Shown piece after piece: positions 15,091 to 21,651 of a stretch of DNA of 21,651 nucleotides; within the stretch, counting starts at the first letter, position 1; the number at the start of each line of letters is the position of its first letter. Source of the DNA: Thermodesulfobacteriota bacterium (GTDB lineage: Bacteria; Desulfobacterota_D; UBA1144; Nemesobacterales; Mycalebacteriaceae). The stretch spans positions 1 through 21,651 of the forward strand of contig CBDAQI010000002.1 in the NCBI GenBank assembly GCA_965198945.1, written 5' to 3'. Below the pieces are notes generated by a model, which ran no database searches, was not told the DNA's origin, and saw only the letters and a program-made list of their open reading frames with translations. Position numbers and translations under genes: made by a program.

Positions 15091-17740
15091 TTCTCCCCAG
15101 TTTTCGCCTTCCTTCAAATCAATTTTCATCGGTGTTTTCAGGTTAAACGGAGTGTTTTCCATTTCCCTTTTGACCACTGAACGGACTTCGTCTTTTTCAT
15201 CGCGCGACACTTCAAAAATCAGTTCATCGTGCACCTGCAGTATCATTGAAGATTCCATCCGCTCAAGTTTTTTGTGGATATTTATCATTGCTATATTTAT
15301 TATGTCAGCCGCCGAGCCCTGTATGGGGGTGTTTATTGCCGCCCTCTCACCGTTTTTAATTTTGATTCTGTTTTTTGAAGCAAGCTCCAGAATAAAGCGC
15401 CTGCGTCCGGTAATGGTTTCCGCAAAACCCGCCTTTTTTGCTCTGTCCGCGTATTCCCTCATGTAGATTTTGACACCGGGATAGCGGCTGAAGTATTTGT
15501 CCATATACTCCCCTGATTTCTTTACCGTTGTGCCCAGCTGTTTTGACAGTCCGAAAGGGCTTATTCCGTAAATGATTCCAAAGTTGATGTTTTTGGCAAG
15601 ACGCCTCATGTCGGGTGTTATTTCCGACTCATGCACTCCAAGTATCTCCGCCGCCGTTGAGGAGTGTATGTCACTCCCTTGTTCAAAGGCCGCTATCAGT
15701 TTTTCATCACCCGAAAAATGTGCGAGCAGACGCAGTTCAATCTGCGAGTAGTCGGCGGAGAGAAACACAAAACCTTCCGAAGGTATAAACGCACGGCGGA
15801 TTTTCCTTCCCTCCTCGCTTTTGACCGGTATGTTCTGAAGGTTGGGGCTGCTTGAACTCAGCCGTCCGGTTGAAGTGCCCGTCAGGCCGTAGGATGTGTG
15901 TATTCTTCCGGTTTTGGGGTTCACGAGTTTCGGAAGAGCGTCAACATATGTGGACTTCAGTTTGGATATTTCCCTGTAGTCAAGAATCATGCCCGGAATG
16001 GGATGAAACATTGAAAGTCCTTTGAGCACCTCCGAATCAGTGGACGGTTCGCCTTTTGCGGTTCGTTTTGTTATTTCAAGACCGAGTTTGCCGAAAAGAA
16101 GGTCTTTCAGCTGTGCGGTGGAATTTATGTTGAGCCTGCGCCCCGCCGCCGAGTAGATTTCGGACGATATGGTTTCTATTTTGTCACCGAAATCCCGCGA
16201 AAGCTCCCCGAGCATTTCCGTGTCCACAAGCACCCCCTTCCTTTCCATGGCGGAAACGGCTCCGGTTATTGAGAGGGTCCATCTCCGGTAGTTTTGCTCC
16301 ATGCCTGATTCTTCAAGTTCCGCCGAAAGTTTTTTGTAAAGCTCCATTGTTATTTCGGAGTCTTCGCACGCGTAATTTTTCGCTTTTTCAAGCTGCACAT
16401 CAGCGAATGCGATCTGTTTTTTCCCCTCTCTCGTAACCTCTTCGTAAGATGTCATCGTGCGCCCGAGGTGTTTTGCGGGCAAGCTCTTTAAGTCCGTAAC
16501 CCGGATGAGATGAATCCAGAAAATGTGCCGCGGTCATTGTGTCAAAAAAAATCCCGTTCAGTTTAATTCCGTGCCGCGTAAAAACTATGTGTTCGTATTT
16601 AAGGTTTTGCCCTATTTTCCTTATGTCCGGGTTTTCCACAACGGTTTTTATTCTCTCAAGAGCCCCTTTTATACCGATATCGCCGTCCTTTCCTTTTCCG
16701 CTTGAGTGGGCGACGGGAATGTAGCAGTGCCTGCCTCCGGGTGTTGTGACGGCAACGCCCGCAATTTCCGCTTCGGTCGGGTTTTTTGAGGATGTTTCAA
16801 GGTCTATTGACACGGCGCCGCTTTCGCTGATTTCGCTTATGACAGACTCAAGCCCTTTTTCGTTCGTAACAACCTCGTAGCGGCCGGTGTCGGTCTGCTT
16901 GTTCCGCAGCGCCGCATCTCCGAATTCAAGTTCACTGTAAAGTGTTTCCAGCCTTGGTGTTCCCTCCCCGGTGTAGGCGAATTTTTCCGGGTCCGTTTCA
17001 GTTTCCACATCAGTTTTCAGTGTTACAAGGGTTTTTGAGAGAAAAGCCTTTTCTCTGTCGCGCTCAATTCTCTCTCTCTGTTTCCCTTTTAATTTTCGGG
17101 TGTTTTCATAGAGATTTTCCAGTGAGCCGTATTCGGCAAGCAGTTTGCTTGCATTTTTGGGACCTATACCCTCAACTCCGGGAATGTTGTCCGACGAATC
17201 CCCGGTAAGCGCGAGAAAATCAACAAATTTGTCCGGCGGCAAACCGTATTTTCCCCTGACCTCCCCCACTCCGGTTTTTGAGTCTTTCATGGGGTCAAAA
17301 ATTGTTGTTTTTTCTGAAACCAGCTGGCAGAAATCCTTGTCGCCGGTGATTAAAACCACTTCCCGGCCTTGTTTCTCAGCCGCTTTTGCAACGGTCGCCA
17401 TCAGGTCGTCAGCCTCAAAGCCCTCTTTTTGAACAACCCTTATTCCCATCGCTTCCACAAGTTCTATTATTTTTTCAATCTGCGGGCTCAAGTCTTCCGG
17501 CGGCGCCCCCCTGTTCGCTTTGTATTCGGGATAAATTTCTTTTCTGAAGGTGTCGCCCTTTGAATCAAAAACGACACCAAGATATTCCGGCTCAAAATCT
17601 TTAATGAATTTGCGCAGTATATTTGAAAAGCCGAAAACGGCGTTTGTGGGAAAACCTGAAGAAGTTGTGAAAGCACGGTTGACCGCGTAGTAGGCGCGGA
17701 AAATATAGGAGCTTCCGTCTATCAGGTAGAGCGGAGACAT
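15082..17740 (-). CDS. polA: DNA polymerase I, split by a +1 insertion at ~16471-16479; about 885 aa when repaired
   Basis: 5'-3' exonuclease (LIDGSSYIFRAYYA, YKANR, EADD, GDSSDNIPGV); 3'-5' exonuclease (IDLET, GQNLKY, YACED); polymerase (TGRLSSSSPNLQNIP, ADYSQIELR, AKNINFGIIYG, QVHDEL). Junction repairs to YGLKELARKHLGRTMTSYEEV. Confidence 0.96.
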
Positions 17741-17747
17741 GACCGCA

Positions 17748-17776
17748 ATTTTAGGTCTTTACGGGTTTGGTGTCAA
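17748..17776 (-). promoter_or_regulatory. Near-consensus sigma70 promoter of polA, probably giving a leaderless mRNA
   Basis: Minus strand TTGACA, 17 nt, TAAAAT, 7 nt, ATG. Confidence 0.75.
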
Positions 17777-17819
17777 AACACTTTGAATGAGAATCCGGAA
17801 TCCGGAACGGGTGGCGGTT

Positions 17820-18398
17820 TTATTTGTTTGCGCGGTAAACAAACGCCGGAGGCAGATTAAACCATTCAATTTTTGTCTTTTCCACTTTGCCGAAAGTTGA
17901 TTCAAGGTTTTTTCTGAAATTTCTTCCCCCCGGAAGCATATGAACGGGCGCGTAGGCGAAAGAGACAAAAACGCCGTCCGAAGTGAGGGCATCCCGCGCG
18001 GCGGCAAGCAGTTTTTTCTGAAACTCATCTCCGAAAACAGCCCACGGCAAACCGGAAACTATTCTGTCACATTTTGAAATTCCCATGCTTTCCAGACATT
18101 CCAGAGTGTCGCCCGCACAACGATTGAAAACAACCGCTTGCGGAAAACGTTTTTTTATGCTCTCCGCGAAATCCGGGTTGATTTCCATGGCAATCAGAGA
18201 GGCGGACGAATTTATATTTTTAAGGATTTTTTCCGTAATGGCGCCCGTTCCCGAACCGAACTCAACAACCACACCGGCTTTGTGAACATCGGCTTCATCC
18301 ACAATAAGCTTTGAAAGTCTTCGCGAAGAAGGCAGAAGGGAAGCGGTTCTGAGCGGGTGCGAAAAAACGTTTTTGATAAAAAGTCTCTTTTCAAGCAT
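17820..18398 (-). CDS. Class I SAM-dependent methyltransferase, PmtA-like (phospholipid N-methyltransferase)
   Basis: PLRTASLLPSSRRL, VVEFGSGTGAIT, MEINPDF, IVSGLPW, FVSFAY and NLPPAFVY match the rhizobial PmtA-type family pattern. Confidence 0.8.
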   Translation of the reverse strand: MLEKRLFIKNVFSHPLRTASLLPSSRRLSKLIVDEADVHKAGVVVEFGSGTGAITEKILKNINSSASLIAMEINPDFAESIKKRFPQAVVFNRCAGDTLECLESMGISKCDRIVSGLPWAVFGDEFQKKLLAAARDALTSDGVFVSFAYAPVHMLPGGRNFRKNLESTFGKVEKTKIEWFNLPPAFVYRANK

Positions 18399-18460
18399 TC
18401 TTGCTATCCTATTGGGAAAAATCTTCTTGTCCAGTCAGATTCTGTTAAAATTAAAAAGCA
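18399..18460. promoter_or_regulatory. 62-nt divergent promoter region between the methyltransferase and ffh
   Basis: Minus: TGGACA (18433-18428), 16 nt, TAGGAT (18411-18406), 7 nt, ATG. Plus: TG-t-TAAAAT (18443-18451), 9 nt, ATG. Confidence 0.55.
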
Positions 18461-19798
18461 ATGTTTGAGGGAATATCAGAAAAGTTCTCGGAAATACTTT
18501 CCAAGGTGCGGGAAAAACCGCGTCTTACCGAGGAGAATATAGACTCCGCGCTGAAGCAGGTGCGTCTCAGCCTTCTGGAAGCGGATGTGAACTTCCGGGT
18601 TGTGAAAGACTTTGTTGAGTCTGTCAAACGCAAAGCGGTCGGTTCGGAAAAAGAAAGGGGCATCACCGCGGGGCAGCAGTTTATAAAGACGGTCAAAGAC
18701 GAGTTAACCTCGTTTCTCGGCGGCGGGGGAGAAGGTCTTGTCCGTAGGGGCTCTCCTTTTTGCATCATGATGGTGGGCCTTCAGGGCGCGGGAAAAACCA
18801 CCTTCTGTTCAAAGCTCTCCGTTCATCTCGCCGGGGAAAAAGCTAAAATTCTGCTCGTTGCGGCGGATGTGCGAAGGCCCGCAGCTTCAGAACAGTTGAA
18901 AATACTCTCGGAAACGGTCGGAGCGGGTTTTTACGGGATAAGGGAGGGCGCAAAACCTGAGCAGATATGTTCCGAAGCAAAAAAGTTTGCCCTCTCAAAC
19001 GGTTATGACACAGTAATTTTTGACACGGCGGGAAGGCTCCATGTTGATTCCGAGCTTATGGGGGAACTGGGGCGCATAAAAGACCTTGTCCGCCCGGATG
19101 AAATTTTGCTTGTCGCCGATGCGATGACCGGACAGGACTCGGTCAGGGTGGCTGAGAGTTTTGACGCCGCGCTTGACATAAGCGGGGTCGTTTTAACCAA
19201 AATGGATGGAGACGCGCGTGGCGGCGCCGCCCTTTCAATGCGGGCCGTAACCGGCAAGCCCGTCAAATTTTTCGGAACGGGGGAAACCCCCCGTGACATT
19301 GAGGTTTTTCATCCCGAGAGAATAGCGTCCCGCATACTCGGCATGGGAGATGTTATGACTCTCATTGAAAAAGCTCAGCAGGCGGTAACGCAAGAGGATG
19401 CCGAGCGGATGGAGCGCAATATGAAAAAAAACCGCTTCACGCTTGAGGATTTCAGACAGGCCATGCTCGCGATTGGCAAAATGGGCTCGCTTGAGAGCAT
19501 ATCGGCGATGGTGCCCGGAGCGGGGGCGGCTTTGAAAAATCAGCAAAACACGGACAAGGCCCGTGACAACATGAGGGTCAGCATCGCTGTTGTGAACTCA
19601 ATGACGCCAAAGGAAAGGGGAAACCACAGAATTATCAACGGAAGCAGAAAAAAACGCATAGCGGCGGGAAGCGGAACCACCGTTGCCGAAGTCAACAGAA
19701 CAATAAAAAACTTTATAAAAATGCAGTCAATGATGAAAAAAGGCGCGGGCGCCGGGAAGATGGGAAAACTTGCCGGAAAGATGAGGGGGCTTGTGTAA
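18461..19798 (+). CDS. ffh: Signal recognition particle protein Ffh
   Basis: LLEADVNFRVVK, GLQGAGKTT, DTAGR, TKMDGDARGGAALS, RIASRILGMGD, M domain SRKKRIAAGSG. Confidence 0.98.
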   Translation: MFEGISEKFSEILSKVREKPRLTEENIDSALKQVRLSLLEADVNFRVVKDFVESVKRKAVGSEKERGITAGQQFIKTVKDELTSFLGGGGEGLVRRGSPFCIMMVGLQGAGKTTFCSKLSVHLAGEKAKILLVAADVRRPAASEQLKILSETVGAGFYGIREGAKPEQICSEAKKFALSNGYDTVIFDTAGRLHVDSELMGELGRIKDLVRPDEILLVADAMTGQDSVRVAESFDAALDISGVVLTKMDGDARGGAALSMRAVTGKPVKFFGTGETPRDIEVFHPERIASRILGMGDVMTLIEKAQQAVTQEDAERMERNMKKNRFTLEDFRQAMLAIGKMGSLESISAMVPGAGAALKNQQNTDKARDNMRVSIAVVNSMTPKERGNHRIINGSRKKRIAAGSGTTVAEVNRTIKNFIKMQSMMKKGAGAGKMGKLAGKMRGLV

Positions 19799-19800
19799 TT

Positions 19801-19829
19801 TTGGAAACCTCTTTAGGTTGGTATAGAAT
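19801..19829 (+). promoter_or_regulatory. Putative promoter for rpsP-khpA-rimM-trmD
   Basis: TTGGAA (19801-19806), 17 nt, TAGAAT (19824-19829). Confidence 0.55.
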
Positions 19830-19872
19830 TGTCCGGCGCCGCGGTGTGTGACCGCGCGCGGGAGGTTGAATT

Positions 19873-20106
19873 TTGGTAAGAATAAGACTTACAAGGCTGG
19901 GCGCGAAAAAAAAGCCGTTTTACAGAATAGTGGCCGCGGACTCGCGGCGGGCGCGCGACGGAAAATTTCTTGAGATTCTCGGATTCTACGACCCGGTCAA
20001 ACATCCCCACGAGTTGAAGTTTGACGAGGAAAGGATCAAACACTGGGTCTCAAAGGGCGCAAAGCCTTCAAACACCGTTAGAAAAATAATTCCGGGGCTC
20101 CGGTAG
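19873..20106 (+). CDS. rpsP: 30S ribosomal protein S16
   Basis: MVRIRLTRLGAKKKPFYRIVAADSR..RDGKFLEILGFYDP; TTG start with GGAGG RBS. Confidence 0.98.
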   Translation: MVRIRLTRLGAKKKPFYRIVAADSRRARDGKFLEILGFYDPVKHPHELKFDEERIKHWVSKGAKPSNTVRKIIPGLR

Positions 20107-20108
20107 AC

Positions 20109-20348
20109 ATGGGAAATTTGAAAGAGTTCTTGAGATTCATGGTTTCATCAATGGTTGATGAGCCGGACAAAATTGAGATAGAAGAAACCGTTAGTGACGG
20201 CAGAACGGTTTTGCGTCTCAGAGTCGCTCAGGCGGATATGGGGAAAATTATAGGAAGGCAGGGCAAAACCGCGAAGGCAATGAGGGGCTTGCTCTCAGCC
20301 GCCGCGGCCAAGTGGAAGATTTGGTATACGCTGGAAATAGTTGATTAA
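20109..20348 (+). CDS. khpA: KH-domain RNA-binding protein (KhpA/YlqC)
   Basis: DMGKIIGRQGKTAKAMR GxxG motif; conserved position between rpsP and rimM. Confidence 0.9.
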   Translation: MGNLKEFLRFMVSSMVDEPDKIEIEETVSDGRTVLRLRVAQADMGKIIGRQGKTAKAMRGLLSAAAAKWKIWYTLEIVD

Positions 20349-20371
20349 GAACCGCTTTCCCGCAGAAGGCG

Positions 20372-20893
20372 ATGAAACTTATTGATTACGGGAAAATTAC
20401 CAAAGGCCGGGGCCTTAAAGGCGCCTTGAAGGTGGTTCCGTTCAGCGGCGCCCCTTCTTCTTTGCAGACAGTAACCCGCGTTTTTATCAAATCTCCGTTT
20501 TCTTCCGAATCCGTGCCGCAAAGTTTTGAGATAACGGAAAAACAAATTGGCCGGAAAAGCGCGATCCTGAAAATTTCCGGCGTGGACTCCGTTGAAGGCG
20601 CAAGCCGTTTTCGCGGCTCAACCGTTATGGTCGCCGAGTCTGACCTGCCCGAGACCGGTGAGGGTGAGTATTATAATTTTCAGCTCAGAGGGCTTTGTGC
20701 GGTAAAACAAAACGGTTCGGAAATCGGAACTGTTGAGTCAGTTCTGCAAAGCGGTTTTCAGTCTGTGCTTGTGATTTCAACGGCGGCCGGCGAGCTTCTT
20801 GTTCCCATGGTGGAGAAGTTTGTCGCCGGTGTTGATATTGAAAACGGGAGAGTGGAAGTCAGAAATACGGAGATGTTTGAAAAAGAAGTCTGA
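20372..20893 (+). CDS. rimM: Ribosome maturation factor RimM
   Basis: GKI...GLKGALKV, LPETGEGEYY..QL.G, LLVPMVEKFV; synteny. Confidence 0.92.
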   Translation: MKLIDYGKITKGRGLKGALKVVPFSGAPSSLQTVTRVFIKSPFSSESVPQSFEITEKQIGRKSAILKISGVDSVEGASRFRGSTVMVAESDLPETGEGEYYNFQLRGLCAVKQNGSEIGTVESVLQSGFQSVLVISTAAGELLVPMVEKFVAGVDIENGRVEVRNTEMFEKEV

Positions 20894-20926
20894 TTTGGAG
20901 TTTTCTTTGCTCCGCGGTTTGTTTCT

Positions 20927-21651
20927 GTGAAATACGAAATTATCACCATTTTCCCCGAATTTTTTGATTCGGTTTTCTCGTGCGGGATTTTGTCCAGAGC
21001 ACGGGAGAAAAATCTGGTTGAGATTAATATCCGCAACCTGCGGGACTCCGCCGGTGAAAAACACAAAGTTGTTGATGACAAGCCCTACGGCGGCGGCGAG
21101 GGAATGCTTTTTATGCCGGAGCCGCTTGGAAAAGCGATTGACTCCGCAAAGAGGGGCGGGGGAAAAACCGTTACTTTGCTTGCTTCGGCGCAGGGTGCTT
21201 TGTTCAACGAGCGGTTGGCGCGCGATTTGCTTGAGTTTGAGAAAATTGTGATTGTCTGCGGAAGATACGAGGGTGTTGACGAGAGGGTGGTTGACCTTCA
21301 CATAGACATGGAAGTTTCAATCGGGAACTACATAGTCTCAGGCGGTGAATACGCCGCCGCAGTGATTGTTGATTCAGTTTCAAGACTGATTCCGGGGGTT
21401 GTAGGAAACAGCGCGTCCACTGAGAATGAGTCTCTCTCGGAAGGGCTTCTTAGCCACCCGCAATACACCCGTCCCGAAGTCTACCGCGGCTCCGCCGTTC
21501 CCGAAGTTCTGGTTTCCGGCGACCACGGAAAGATAGAAAAATGGAGAAGGAAAGAAAGAATAAAAAACACTTTCAGAAAAAGACCCGATATTATTGACCG
21601 CTCAAAACTTTCAAAAGACGAAACGAAGGAGCTCTGTAAATTGCAGAAAGC
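20927..21651 (+). CDS. trmD: tRNA (guanine37-N1)-methyltransferase, 3'-partial; not in the ORF track because there is no stop in the window
   Basis: Hand translation from GTG 20927: MKYEIITIFPEFF, VDDKPYGGGEGML, CGRYEGVDERV, SIGNYIVSGGE, HPQYTRP, VPEVLVSGDH. Confidence 0.97.
   Translation, partial: MKYEIITIFPEFFDSVFSCGILSRAREKNLVEINIRNLRDSAGEKHKVVDDKPYGGGEGMLFMPEPLGKAIDSAKRGGGKTVTLLASAQGALFNERLARDLLEFEKIVIVCGRYEGVDERVVDLHIDMEVSIGNYIVSGGEYAAAVIVDSVSRLIPGVVGNSASTENESLSEGLLSHPQYTRPEVYRGSAVPEVLVSGDHGKIEKWRRKERIKNTFRKRPDIIDRSKLSKDETKELCKLQK

Noticed and set aside
17791..17807. Short tandem repeat GAATCCG-GAATCCG-GAA between the methyltransferase and polA
   Set aside because: Only about 2.4 copies of a 7-mer; no array or spacer structure, so not CRISPR or a meaningful VNTR.

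Overview
Bacterial chromosomal segment, mostly housekeeping genes: cofE (F420 gamma-glutamyl ligase), an IscS/NifS-like cysteine desulfurase, argC, gap, pgk, fbaB, a 1-Cys peroxiredoxin, a lipoprotein-type msrA, a GT-C-like membrane protein, an MBL-fold hydrolase, gmd, an ftsB-like gene, rsmA, pepA, an arsC-like gene, polA, a PmtA-like methyltransferase and ffh-rpsP-khpA-rimM-trmD (trmD runs off the window end). Three genes are broken by four single-base +1 insertions (cofE twice, rsmA and polA once each), most likely sequencing or assembly errors. The only accessory-looking segment is an AT-rich stretch of about 0.9 kb between pgk and fbaB. It holds two frameshifted genes absent from the ORF track: the C-terminal part of an SDH-family Clp-fold serine protease and a basic protein of about 61 aa with a strong RBS. 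Four genes (argC, polA, the methyltransferase, ffh) have -10 boxes only 7-9 nt before the ATG, suggesting leaderless mRNAs. A CIRCE-like inverted repeat overlaps the MBL hydrolase promoter. No tRNA, rRNA, CRISPR array or transposase was seen. All calls come from motif recognition, with no database search.
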